64,000 bases of DNA from a virus: positions 1-64,000 of the IMG/VR virus record IMGVR_UViG_3300050821_005065; one strand, written 5' to 3'. Positions within the stretch are counted from its first letter, which is position 1, and every line of letters starts with the position of its first letter. Below, piece by piece: positions 38,598 through 48,455 of this stretch. The notes under the pieces are model-generated. The model did no database searches and had not been told where the DNA came from. It worked only from the letters and a program-made list of their open reading frames with translations. A program made the position numbers and the translations under genes.

Positions 38598-41500
38598 TTG
38601 GACGCCGCCCAGCAGTTTACCGACATCCCTAGCGGGTACAAAGTTCTCCCACCCGCCGCGCCTCTGGATCAATTCTCCGACGTTCCAGACGGCTATAAAG
38701 TTCTTCCGCCAAAAGCGCCAACCGCACAGCAATCCTCCGCCGCAATCGGGCGAGTTACCAGTCCGCTATCGCCTGCCCCGATACCACCCGCTTCTCTCCC
38801 GCCATTCTCCTTAGGTGCTCCTCCGTCAACGCCGCGTTCGACCGCAGAGGGCTTGACCACCGAGCAGCAAGAGCGCCGTGCCGGAATGCCACTTGCAATC
38901 CAGCCGGCCAGCGGCAGTTTAGAGAACACTCACCCCGAACAGGTCGTCGCACAACCCCTAACCAATCAGACCCTAGCCACTCCGCCCAAGCCGGCTCCAA
39001 TCGATACCTCGCTTGGGCCGAACGCTCCCTTTACCCCGGAAGAAGTTGCGGCACGCCATCAAGAGAAGCAGGCCGATGAAGCCGCCGATAGTTCCATGCT
39101 GGCAAATTACAGCCGAGCCGTAGAAGCCGGTAGGCGAATGGGATCAAAAGCGGGCGAACAGATTGCAGCCTTGGGGACGCCGATTGAAAAGGGCTATGGG
39201 GATCTGACTGACGAGAACCGCGGAGCCTTTGAGAAAGAGCACCCTGCCGCTGCGGGCATCGGGAAAGCCGCTGGCGGATTCGTGGGCCAGATGGCCGCCG
39301 ACCCGGTTACCTATTTGTTTATGGGGAGTAGCGAACTGGCGCATCCCATGCTCGACCGGATTATCAGTTCGGGATTCCGGTTTGGTCTGGGCGTCCACGC
39401 CGTCAACGCTGCGCGTGATCTGCAAAAGAATTGGAATGATTACACTCCCGAGAAACGGTATGAGGTCGCAACCGAAGCGGGGCTAAGCGGATTGCTGGCT
39501 GCTGGCGCCCACCAGATCAGAGACTTTCTCAAAGGACCGTATGAAGCTTTACCTACTGAGCCGACCGAGCGCGCCGAATCTCTCTTCCGGAATCTGGTCC
39601 ACAAAGCCGGCGGAACCGTGGGAGAAAATCCTACTCTTGAGGAAGCCAACGCCGCATACCGATCCGCGATCGCCAACCTGCACCCAGACGTAAATCCAGA
39701 AGCGGCCGAAGATGCGCGCAACCTGAATGACGCATGGGCCAAGCTGAAGCAGTCGGGGCGTTTCACCGGGAAACAGCGATTCAGTGATGTGCCGGAAGGC
39801 TACAGAATTCTTCCGCCTGCCGCTGGAGCAGAACAGCCCACCGTTCACGCCTCGAACGATGTCGAAGAGCTCCGTGCCTCCGCCGAACGCCAAGCCCCGA
39901 AAATAGGAGATGCGGTTAGTAGCGCCACTGAAGGCGTTCCCGGCACCAAACTGGAAGCCGTGCGCGACTCCAAAGACTCTGACCGAATCACAGATAAAGC
40001 CGAGCGCCAAGGCGTCGAACCTTCCCAGATCAAAGACATTGCCGCGGCGAAGGTCACCGTCCCGGATCAGGAAGCCGCCAATCAGGTATTAGAAAATCTT
40101 CACCCCGAGATGCCCGTTGAGGAAGTCAACGGCATGGTGACAGGGGAACCCGGTAAAAACGCGGTGCGTCAAACGCAAGCCGTCGTATCGACGGATCAAC
40201 CGGGCGAACCTGTCAAGAACGCCGAAGTGCTCTTACAGACGCCGGAGATGCACAAAGCCACGGAAACCACTCATGATGACTACCGTAAAGCTCAGGAACT
40301 ACGCGCTGCGGGTAAAGAAGCCGAAGCCCAGGCTGTCGAAAATCGTATCGCAGGCGAGCACGAAGAGGCCCACCAAGCGGCCATTGCACGACAGGAGGAA
40401 TCAAATGCCATTCAAGAGCGAAGCGCAGAGGGGGTTCATGGAAGCGCACAAGAAGAAGATGGAGGCCAGCGGAGTCAACATGAAAGAGTGGGAGAGCGCC
40501 AGCAAGGGCAAGGATCTTCCGCCGCGCGCCCCCAAGCCGCCCGACAAGAAAAAGAAGAAGCCCCCCGCGCCCCCAAGCCGCCCACCCGAGGAGTTTCAGG
40601 GGCCAATGACCTAACTCATAATCTCAAGAACCAAGCAATTGAGATTCGTGACTCTCAAGGCAACTGGAAGCAAGGCACCGTTCTAGCCGACAGCCTTACC
40701 CAAGGGGGAGATCGGCCACGTCGATTGCGCGGAACCTTCGCCGATGGGACAGAATTCGACAACATCAAACTCTCAGACGTTCGCAGGCCGGAGGTGCAAA
40801 CAGGTTCCGAGGGAATCGACTTCGACGGAACCCTGTTCACCGAGCGTCCCGATGGATCAATCGGCGAACCCATCCCAGAGCGGATCGCAAGCTTAAAAGA
40901 ACGCATTGCCAATGGAGAGGAAGTAGTAATCGAGAGTCACCGAGCGCGTCAACCGGGAGGAGTTTCAGCCATTCAGGACGCGCTGGAGAAAGCAGGTTTG
41001 CCGCGCCTGCCAGTCTCCGCCAAGAAGAACGTAGAACCCACTCTCGTTGACGACGAAAAACAAAACGCTCCGGGAGTCACCCAACAAAAAGTAGCGACGA
41101 ATCGAAATACGCCGTTACCCGATGTGCCGCGCGCCCCACGCCCGCCCAGCTACGGTCCTCCCAAGAAAGATTTTCAAGGCTCCGTCCCTGCGGAGAGTTT
41201 GGGCTTCAATCACACGATCGATACTGGTCCCGACATCGGCGCAAAGGCTCGCGTAGAGACTGAGAAGCGTATGGGTGGGCCTCTCCCCCGTGGGCAGGCA
41301 GAGCGGAGAGCGCCGGAACCCAAGCCCGTTGACACGTCCTCTGAAGCCATCAAAGCCGCCTCCAACCCAGAACGCGATACCGACATCATGGCGAAGCTGA
41401 AAGAGGAGCATCCTGATTGGTCTTTAAGTCAACGGTTACAAGAGGCGGCGAAACTCGCCAATCCCCCCAAGGAGAAGCCCGTTGAAATCTCGTCAAAAGA

Positions 41501-44500
41501 TGTATCGAAGCCTGTACCGCAAGCAAGTGAAGCAGGAAAGAAAGAAACTGTTCAAGTCAATCAGGGTGCTGGAGGCGCTGATAAAGTTGGACCCGGTACT
41601 AAAGGCGAAATAGCTCCGGGTAAAGTCGGCGAAATGAAAGTTGCCGACCTGAAGGTTGCGCCGAACAAATTCCAGTACAAACTTGGCACGGATGCGGCAG
41701 GGACTTCGACTCTTCTCAAAGAGGCGAAGACGTTCAATCCCGATCTGGCAGGAACCATTTCAGTTTGGAAAGACCCCGCGGATGGCAAAACTTATGTGGT
41801 CAACGGTCATCACCGCTATGAACTGGCGAAGCGTACGGGACAGGATGAAGTTGCGGTGCGGCACATCGTCGCGCAGGATGCGGCAGAAGCGCGCGCGGTC
41901 GGAGCTCGGCAGAACATCGCTGAAGGTCGCGGCACTCCTGTGGATGCAGCCAAATTCTTTCGCGATACCAGCATCACCCCCGAAGACCTCGACAAGCACG
42001 GTATCTCGCTCGGCGAAGCTACCGCCGCGAAAGGGCTGGCACTCTCGAACCTTGACGACTCGCTATTCAGCAAAGTGGTAAATGGCGATTTGCGCGAAGG
42101 CCGCGCCGTCGCTATCGGAGAGGCGACCAAAGACCCGGCAGAGCAGAAAGCAATTCTATCGCTGCTTGAACGCAAGGAGCGCATCGGGGCGAAGGTCTCG
42201 GACGATACGCTTTCCGAGTTGATTCGTCTTGTCAAGGGCGCAGAGCAGAAGACAGAGACCACAGCAAACTTATTTGGCACACAGGAAATTAACCGCTCCC
42301 TTGCTCTCGAAAAAGCGGAAATCTCCGCGCACATCAAGCAGCAGTTATCGAAGGATAAAAAGTTGTTTGGGTTTGTCGCGAAGGAGGGGCGCGCGGAGGA
42401 ACTGGCGCGCGCTGGCAACAAGATCGACGTAGAGAAGTCCAAGGAAATATCGACTGGCGCAGCTCAGGCGGAAGAGGTTTATAATAAACTGAGTGCGCGC
42501 GGAGGGCCAATTGCAACCATCCTCGATGAAGCCGCCCGAAAACTCGCCGACCGTGAAGGCTCCCCGGCCTCCATTAAATCCGACGCCTACGAGCGCATCC
42601 GGGAAGAGGTATCCCAAACTCTCAGGGGAACCGAAAGAGAAGTTCCTGAAAGAATGGAAGCGGGAGCAGGACCAAGTAAAGAAGTAGAACCGACGCTCCC
42701 CGGCATGGAGCATGTCCCCGCCGAACGTGCCGAAGCGGTCTCCGAACAACAAGGCAAAGACCTCACCGCCAAACTCACCGAGCCGCCGAAGTCCATCGAA
42801 TCGAAAGCGGGTGAGATTGAGCAACGTTCGCCCCTCTTCCGCGACACGGAAGCGAATCCGCAAAAGGGATTATTCGGCGGCGAATCCGGATCCCTCGACA
42901 TCTCCAAACTTTCCCCCTCTCACATCAAGCAACAGTACGACCAAGCCGTCTCTGAATTCATTTCCGGCAAACTGAAAATCGGCGACAAGTATCACGATGT
43001 TGCCAAGCACGATGAGACCGTAGCCAACACGCTTCACCTGGTAGACAACGCTCCCCGCTATTTCAAAGCCAAAGCCGACGCCAATCTCAAAGGAGTCACC
43101 GCTGGATTAAACGACGATCAGATTCGTCTTGCGTCCATGATGGCCGATTCGGACTCGCGAGACTACCTGAAAGCCAACAAGCCCGATGAGTTCAAGCAAG
43201 CCACCTCCGACCCGGCAGTGATGGCCGCTGTAAAGAAGTTTGAACCGCTCCAGCAGGAACTCACCAAAGACCGTCAAGCGTTGGGCTGGCCTGTCCGCAT
43301 GAGCATGGAAGCCATTGAGCAGCCAGACGGAACTTTCAAAGTAATGGACCGGAGCGGCGCGGACCTAGGCGACTTCAAGACTGCGAAGAAAGCCAACGAG
43401 TTCATTCAGGAGAATGGTGAAGTCGAACCGCATCTGAAGCGCACCTACCCCGAGCACTCGAAGAACCCTCTCCCTGCCGAGACTGGTGTAGGAGATTTCA
43501 CTCAAGCTTTCCCCCACGAAAAAGGCTTACGTCCGCCGAAGATGGACAAGAAGTCCCGCGAAATGTCGGCGGAATATCATTACGAACATGGGCGCAAAGA
43601 TTTCTCTGGCTACACCGAGAGCTTCAAGCAGACCAAAACCGCCGTGCTGAAACAGAAACTCTTTGACGACTTTGTAGACCGGGCAACCCCGTACTCCGCC
43701 GGGACCGCGCAACCTCCCAAGATCGAATACAACGGGAAGACCTACTACCGTCCCGACATCGTGCAGAAAGCCAAAGAAGGTGGAACCAAGCTTGAATCCT
43801 ATGCCATGTATGATCCCACGCGCGGCGAAAAGTTCATGATCGCGAACCCCGAAGAAGGCTGGGCCACACTCGCCACCGGGAAGTCGGGAATCAAAGCCAG
43901 TGACCGATTCCTAGGTCCAAAGCCCGTAGTCGATGCGATGGAGAACTACGACACGTCCCGCGGCGGGGAATCTTCAAAGCTACGCCACTTCTTTCAAGAG
44001 CAGATCGTGGGACTCTTCGGCCCAGTGGTTCACATCAACAACATTGTCCGACGAATCGGGCAGGCAACCGGCATGGGAACATTTGATCCGCGCTCCTGGC
44101 CTTCGATCGCGCGTGTGATTGCCAGTCCAGAACTGAGACAGCGGGTGATGAGTGGAGTTGATGACGCCACCATCGACATGCTCACCAAGTACGGAGCCTA
44201 CACCGACTGGGGCGATATCGGGACGGTCAACAAATATATCGGCGGAAACCTGAATCCGGCATCATGGGTTAGATCCTTTGGTAAAGGTGTTCTGTTCGAT
44301 CCCAAGTTCGCAAAGGGCTGGGGCGGTCTCGATCCGAAAGCGCGCGTAGTGGTCGCGGATTATTTCAAAGAGCACTTCCCGAAGATGACCGACGCCGAAG
44401 TAGCCAAGGCGATCGAAGATGGATTCGGAAATTACAACCGCGCCAACTGGACTGAGCGCCAAAGACTTCTTGCCAAGTTCACTCTTTTCCCCGGCTGGGA

Positions 44501-45431
44501 TGCAGCCTCCGCAAAATGGTTTCTGCGTCATCCCTTCCGCGCCGGCGTGGCCGGTTCGCTCGTAGTCCTTGCCATCAATCGGGCCTTGAATGCTCTCGGG
44601 AAAAACAAAGACCAAGACGCCAACGATCTCAGCTATGTCCACTTCGGCGATAGGAAACTTTCTTCCGGCTTGATCATGGATAACATGGGAAACCACTTCA
44701 TGTCGCCCGTGCTGGGAGCGTTGCAAGCGAAGTTGAGTGGGGATGACGTTGCTGCAGGAGCCACCGAAGGAGCGCAGAGAGGCAGCGCAGCCCTTGCGGG
44801 AACTTTGGCTGGACCCGTGGTCGAAATGGTTGCGGATCAAATCTACAACCGGAAGTATGCTGGCGGAGCCTCGGAACTGGTAAAGCCGGAAGACAAATAC
44901 ACTCCCGGCACCTGGTTGCCGAACGTGGAACTGGAGAAGCGTGCGGCCTTTGCTGCCCTGAAAGGCACACCAGCTCTCAATCGCTTTATCAATCCCAAAG
45001 GGGAATGGGATTGGGCGCAAGGCATCGGCGGCGGAGTGCTCGGCGTCACCAATTACAAGTACGGCGCAGAGGAACGGTTCAAGGCCAACGTCGCCAAAGC
45101 CGCGACCTATGGGCAGACATTGAACCAGCTTGCCATGAAGGAACCCGAAGCCGCGGCCAAGTTCGCCAGCGACCCGCAGCGCGCAACCTACCTGATGTTC
45201 CACGATGACCTTGAGCAGATGGCGCGTGATCTGAAAGAACTGGATTCCCAGATCGAGCGAGTACGCAGCGCGGACCTGCCGCACACCGAACGGCAGAGCA
45301 TTTTGGAAGACCTGAAGAACAACCGCAACACCCTGCTCAAAGCGGCCGATGGATTGAACGACGCCTTAAACGAAGCGAAGAACCAATCTCGCAAGAAGCA
45401 AACGGATTACTGGAAGAGCAAAGTACAATGA
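38598..45431 (+). CDS. Giant polyvalent ejection protein (J-like, RelA/SpoT-like, HAD-like and ParB-like domains)
   Basis: 2277 aa; AYRSAIANLHPDVNP; KDSDRITDK...KDIAAAKV...EVLLQTPEM; IDFDGTLF; VVNGHHRYE. Confidence 0.75.
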   Translation: MDAAQQFTDIPSGYKVLPPAAPLDQFSDVPDGYKVLPPKAPTAQQSSAAIGRVTSPLSPAPIPPASLPPFSLGAPPSTPRSTAEGLTTEQQERRAGMPLAIQPASGSLENTHPEQVVAQPLTNQTLATPPKPAPIDTSLGPNAPFTPEEVAARHQEKQADEAADSSMLANYSRAVEAGRRMGSKAGEQIAALGTPIEKGYGDLTDENRGAFEKEHPAAAGIGKAAGGFVGQMAADPVTYLFMGSSELAHPMLDRIISSGFRFGLGVHAVNAARDLQKNWNDYTPEKRYEVATEAGLSGLLAAGAHQIRDFLKGPYEALPTEPTERAESLFRNLVHKAGGTVGENPTLEEANAAYRSAIANLHPDVNPEAAEDARNLNDAWAKLKQSGRFTGKQRFSDVPEGYRILPPAAGAEQPTVHASNDVEELRASAERQAPKIGDAVSSATEGVPGTKLEAVRDSKDSDRITDKAERQGVEPSQIKDIAAAKVTVPDQEAANQVLENLHPEMPVEEVNGMVTGEPGKNAVRQTQAVVSTDQPGEPVKNAEVLLQTPEMHKATETTHDDYRKAQELRAAGKEAEAQAVENRIAGEHEEAHQAAIARQEESNAIQERSAEGVHGSAQEEDGGQRSQHERVGERQQGQGSSAARPQAARQEKEEAPRAPKPPTRGVSGANDLTHNLKNQAIEIRDSQGNWKQGTVLADSLTQGGDRPRRLRGTFADGTEFDNIKLSDVRRPEVQTGSEGIDFDGTLFTERPDGSIGEPIPERIASLKERIANGEEVVIESHRARQPGGVSAIQDALEKAGLPRLPVSAKKNVEPTLVDDEKQNAPGVTQQKVATNRNTPLPDVPRAPRPPSYGPPKKDFQGSVPAESLGFNHTIDTGPDIGAKARVETEKRMGGPLPRGQAERRAPEPKPVDTSSEAIKAASNPERDTDIMAKLKEEHPDWSLSQRLQEAAKLANPPKEKPVEISSKDVSKPVPQASEAGKKETVQVNQGAGGADKVGPGTKGEIAPGKVGEMKVADLKVAPNKFQYKLGTDAAGTSTLLKEAKTFNPDLAGTISVWKDPADGKTYVVNGHHRYELAKRTGQDEVAVRHIVAQDAAEARAVGARQNIAEGRGTPVDAAKFFRDTSITPEDLDKHGISLGEATAAKGLALSNLDDSLFSKVVNGDLREGRAVAIGEATKDPAEQKAILSLLERKERIGAKVSDDTLSELIRLVKGAEQKTETTANLFGTQEINRSLALEKAEISAHIKQQLSKDKKLFGFVAKEGRAEELARAGNKIDVEKSKEISTGAAQAEEVYNKLSARGGPIATILDEAARKLADREGSPASIKSDAYERIREEVSQTLRGTEREVPERMEAGAGPSKEVEPTLPGMEHVPAERAEAVSEQQGKDLTAKLTEPPKSIESKAGEIEQRSPLFRDTEANPQKGLFGGESGSLDISKLSPSHIKQQYDQAVSEFISGKLKIGDKYHDVAKHDETVANTLHLVDNAPRYFKAKADANLKGVTAGLNDDQIRLASMMADSDSRDYLKANKPDEFKQATSDPAVMAAVKKFEPLQQELTKDRQALGWPVRMSMEAIEQPDGTFKVMDRSGADLGDFKTAKKANEFIQENGEVEPHLKRTYPEHSKNPLPAETGVGDFTQAFPHEKGLRPPKMDKKSREMSAEYHYEHGRKDFSGYTESFKQTKTAVLKQKLFDDFVDRATPYSAGTAQPPKIEYNGKTYYRPDIVQKAKEGGTKLESYAMYDPTRGEKFMIANPEEGWATLATGKSGIKASDRFLGPKPVVDAMENYDTSRGGESSKLRHFFQEQIVGLFGPVVHINNIVRRIGQATGMGTFDPRSWPSIARVIASPELRQRVMSGVDDATIDMLTKYGAYTDWGDIGTVNKYIGGNLNPASWVRSFGKGVLFDPKFAKGWGGLDPKARVVVADYFKEHFPKMTDAEVAKAIEDGFGNYNRANWTERQRLLAKFTLFPGWDAASAKWFLRHPFRAGVAGSLVVLAINRALNALGKNKDQDANDLSYVHFGDRKLSSGLIMDNMGNHFMSPVLGALQAKLSGDDVAAGATEGAQRGSAALAGTLAGPVVEMVADQIYNRKYAGGASELVKPEDKYTPGTWLPNVELEKRAAFAALKGTPALNRFINPKGEWDWAQGIGGGVLGVTNYKYGAEERFKANVAKAATYGQTLNQLAMKEPEAAAKFASDPQRATYLMFHDDLEQMARDLKELDSQIERVRSADLPHTERQSILEDLKNNRNTLLKAADGLNDALNEAKNQSRKKQTDYWKSKVQ
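40405..40614 (+). CDS. Nested out-of-frame small basic protein (MPFKSEAQR type)
   Basis: CAGGAGGAATCAA-ATG RBS inside the giant ORF; 69-aa Lys/Pro-rich product. Confidence 0.6.
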   Translation: MPFKSEAQRGFMEAHKKKMEASGVNMKEWESASKGKDLPPRAPKPPDKKKKKPPAPPSRPPEEFQGPMT

Positions 45432-45456
45432 ACGACGAACTAACTGGAGGAATGAG

Positions 45457-45837
45457 ATGGAGTTGACGGGTCGTAAGCCGATTCTGTGTTTGGATTTTGA
45501 TGGCGTGTGCCACAGCTATACGTCTGGCTGGAAGGGTGCGGCGGTGATTCCCGATCCGCCCGTGCCGGGATTGTTCGCGTTTCTCTCCGAAGCCTCACAG
45601 GTATTCGAGGTTAATATTTTCTCCTCGCGCTCAGGGCAAGCAGGCGGGGTGATGGCGATGATGAAGTGGTTTGTCGCGCACGCCCCGGAAGATTTCAATG
45701 TGACGCTGCTGAAGTTCCCCGACGAGAAGCCACCTGCGTTCGTGGGTATTGATGACCGCGTGCTCACCTTCCAAGGCGAATGGCCGTCCGTCGCTTCGCT
45801 ACAGGCTTTCAAAACGTGGAATGCGAAAGAGGTCTGA
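45457..45837 (+). CDS. HAD-superfamily hydrolase-like protein
   Basis: LCLDFDGVCHSYTSGW, IFSSR, KPP...IDDR motifs. Confidence 0.8.
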   Translation: MELTGRKPILCLDFDGVCHSYTSGWKGAAVIPDPPVPGLFAFLSEASQVFEVNIFSSRSGQAGGVMAMMKWFVAHAPEDFNVTLLKFPDEKPPAFVGIDDRVLTFQGEWPSVASLQAFKTWNAKEV

Positions 45838-45952
45838 CTTTACAACGAGCACACTGACGGCGGGTAGGGACCCATCCCAACGGAACATGCTCGAAGAGAC
45901 GACCTGTAGAATATAAGAATATGACTTACTGTTTTTCCCGGAGCGCCCCGCA

Positions 45953-46627
45953 ATGCCCAGCAAGATTGCGTCCCGTCCTGTAGAAGAGAAAGAAAAGTTC
46001 TTTGTCAATCTCTTTATCCGGGAAGGGATGAACCCAGGATCAATCGCAAAATGCGAAAAACGCGCCCACCTGAAGCGGGGAGACGGCAAGAAGATCCTGC
46101 GGCGGAAGTCCGTCAAAGCGGAACTCCAGACGAAAACCGCACCGGCACGCGAGGAAATCTTACGTCAGGAAATCATTGGAGAAGCTGTTGTCAAAGCCAA
46201 GGCTGCCCAGCAGGAAGAACTTGCCAAAGTCGTCAAAAGTATCACTTTCCAAAAACTCAATCGGGAAATTCTCATCGACCAGCTCATGCAAGGGGCAGTC
46301 GGTTTGAACTGGCACATGTACCCCAGCGAGAAATTGGAAGTCATCAAAGCCGCGCTCGTATTGGAGCAAGACTCTAAAACCATCAATGGCTCATCAGAGA
46401 ACACCCCAGGCGTCTATCAAAGCGCCTTCCGCCGCCTAGCCCCTCCCCCGGCATCCCCCATTCTAGAGCCTCCTAAAGCGCAAGAAGGAGTATTCGACCT
46501 CTACCCGGGTAAGACGGTTCCGCCGGTCGAACTGGTTGCCACCCTCCCGCCCATCGGTGAATCTACCGAAGAAGCCCCTGAGAAGCCTTCCTCGAACCCC
46601 AACGTCATCACGGTTGAGATTGGATGA
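45953..46627 (+). CDS. Putative terminase small subunit
   Basis: Immediately upstream of and overlapping terL; basic helical N-terminus. Confidence 0.55.
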   Translation: MPSKIASRPVEEKEKFFVNLFIREGMNPGSIAKCEKRAHLKRGDGKKILRRKSVKAELQTKTAPAREEILRQEIIGEAVVKAKAAQQEELAKVVKSITFQKLNREILIDQLMQGAVGLNWHMYPSEKLEVIKAALVLEQDSKTINGSSENTPGVYQSAFRRLAPPPASPILEPPKAQEGVFDLYPGKTVPPVELVATLPPIGESTEEAPEKPSSNPNVITVEIG

Positions 46628-48252
46628 CGTCGCCGTACCCGCCTCTCCAGCTTCCACCAGAAAATATCGAGCCGATCTGGTGGCCTATCAATTCTGCCCA
46701 GCAAGCCTACCTTAATTGCAAAGCCCAAATCGCAGAATTCGGCGGAGAATCTGGAGGAGGAAAAACCCAGGTACTCGTGGCCGATGCGATGCAGGAACGG
46801 GATAACCCCCGGCTGCGCGGCCTTCTTCTTCGTACCACCCTAGAGGAGATGGCCGAACTGGAGGACATTCAGCAGAAAGTCTACGAACCTTTGGGGGCGC
46901 GGTGGACCCGTAAGCGCTCGATCGCAGCTTGGCGCTTCCCCTCTGGAGCCACCATTCGGCCGGGCTACCTCGCGCACGACAAGCACCTAAAACGCTATCA
47001 AGGCAACCCGTACACATGGCTGGGCATTGATGAAAGCGGGCAGCACCCGGAAAGCCGAATCCGGTTCATGTTGGCATGGCTGACTGCTCCAAAAGACTCT
47101 GGCCTGTTCGCGCGAGCTCGCTTCACCTCCAACCCTGGCGGGGAAGGCCACGGCTGGCAAATGAAAGTCTTCCTGCGAAACCGCTGCCCGGTTCACTATC
47201 CAGCCACATATGCCGACGACAAGCCACTCGAAACCAGTGTCTATCCAGGGAGAGTCTACCGCGGTGCCACTTGGACCGATGATTCGTTCGTTCACAAAAC
47301 CACAGCCTTCATCCCGGCTGGCTTGGCCGATAATCCGCTCTATGGAGAGGACAAGCTCGCCAGCCTCTTAACTCAGTCGAAGGCCATCCAACAGCAACTA
47401 CTCTACGGCTGCTGGTGCAACGCTGCAGGACTTTACTTCGATTTCATGCGGCCGGATATGGTCGTACCGTATGCCTCAATTGGAGACTCCTGGTGGTGGC
47501 AGCATTTTTGGTCGATTGATTATGGATTCGGAAACTCGGCGGCCGCTGCCGGCATGTACGCGATTAACCCCAACGGAGTCGTATTCAAAACTCGTGAGCG
47601 GATTGAACGCAAGATGGCCGCGCTGAAGTTCGCAAAATGCCTCTGTAAAGATGGCTTCTCCGCAGTGGATTATCCCCAGCAAGGCCCGCAAGAAAACTGG
47701 CTGAAGAAACTAAAAGCGCGAGATCCAGAAAATCCCCGCATGAGCTTTGTGGTGATGGACGAAGCGATGGACCAGCACCGCGGCACAGGAAAAAGCATTT
47801 ACGGAGTGATGTCGGAAGTCTTCGCAGAATACGGGCTTGGCTCGATGAAAGCCGCGCACGATCCTGCGGGCAACGCCCAAGTGCTTTACAACGGGCTTGC
47901 GAATAAGTTCTGTGTGCTCACGCGCGACTCCGCCGATCTGCCCCTTAGTTACCGCTCGATCTCCAGCCGAATCGTCGATGAGCGGAAGGCCGTCAAGAAG
48001 ATCCACGGAGCGTGGGAAGATGACAGTTACGACGAAACCTCTTACGCTTACAACACTTGGCGCCAGAACAGCGAGAAGCCGGCGCGCACCGCCCTACAGG
48101 AAGAATTAGCCGATCTGAGAAAACAAGGGCTGGATGAAACCTCACTCGCCCGAATCGCTTGGACCCGAGAGAAGGCCATCAAAGAGAAAGAACAAGAATC
48201 GTCCAAGGGGATCAGGCTTTCCCGGTCTCTCTCCCCTCCAAGGAAACGTTAG
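46624..48252 (+). CDS. terL: Terminase large subunit
   Basis: Walker A GGESGGGKT, Walker B WLGIDE, coupling motif TSNPGG.GHGW, LADNP, nuclease IDYGF and DDSYD. Confidence 0.92.
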   Translation: MTSPYPPLQLPPENIEPIWWPINSAQQAYLNCKAQIAEFGGESGGGKTQVLVADAMQERDNPRLRGLLLRTTLEEMAELEDIQQKVYEPLGARWTRKRSIAAWRFPSGATIRPGYLAHDKHLKRYQGNPYTWLGIDESGQHPESRIRFMLAWLTAPKDSGLFARARFTSNPGGEGHGWQMKVFLRNRCPVHYPATYADDKPLETSVYPGRVYRGATWTDDSFVHKTTAFIPAGLADNPLYGEDKLASLLTQSKAIQQQLLYGCWCNAAGLYFDFMRPDMVVPYASIGDSWWWQHFWSIDYGFGNSAAAAGMYAINPNGVVFKTRERIERKMAALKFAKCLCKDGFSAVDYPQQGPQENWLKKLKARDPENPRMSFVVMDEAMDQHRGTGKSIYGVMSEVFAEYGLGSMKAAHDPAGNAQVLYNGLANKFCVLTRDSADLPLSYRSISSRIVDERKAVKKIHGAWEDDSYDETSYAYNTWRQNSEKPARTALQEELADLRKQGLDETSLARIAWTREKAIKEKEQESSKGIRLSRSLSPPRKR

Positions 48253-48455
48253 TCCTTTCCCGGCACTGGCTCTCGCTGCGAGGAGTATTTCATGCATCTG
48301 GCGCAGGCTCCCGCAGGCACAGTGTATCTATTGGCGCTGCCAGCCATTCCGAATCGTAGGCCGCAGGCTGTATTGTAATAGCCGTTGCTCTGGCTAACTT
48401 CTTTGTGCCACAACTGCGGCCCTTCCCACGCTAGAAGTCTACGCATTCGCCACAT
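48249..48455 (-). CDS. Small hypothetical protein
   Basis: Last ORF of the minus-strand block; ACG...CARC. Confidence 0.45.
   Translation of the reverse strand: MWRMRRLLAWEGPQLWHKEVSQSNGYYNTACGLRFGMAGSANRYTVPAGACARCMKYSSQREPVPGKD

Noticed and set aside
44262-45284. 340-aa minus-strand ORF
   Set aside because: Antisense shadow of the giant gene in GC-rich coding DNA; no motifs
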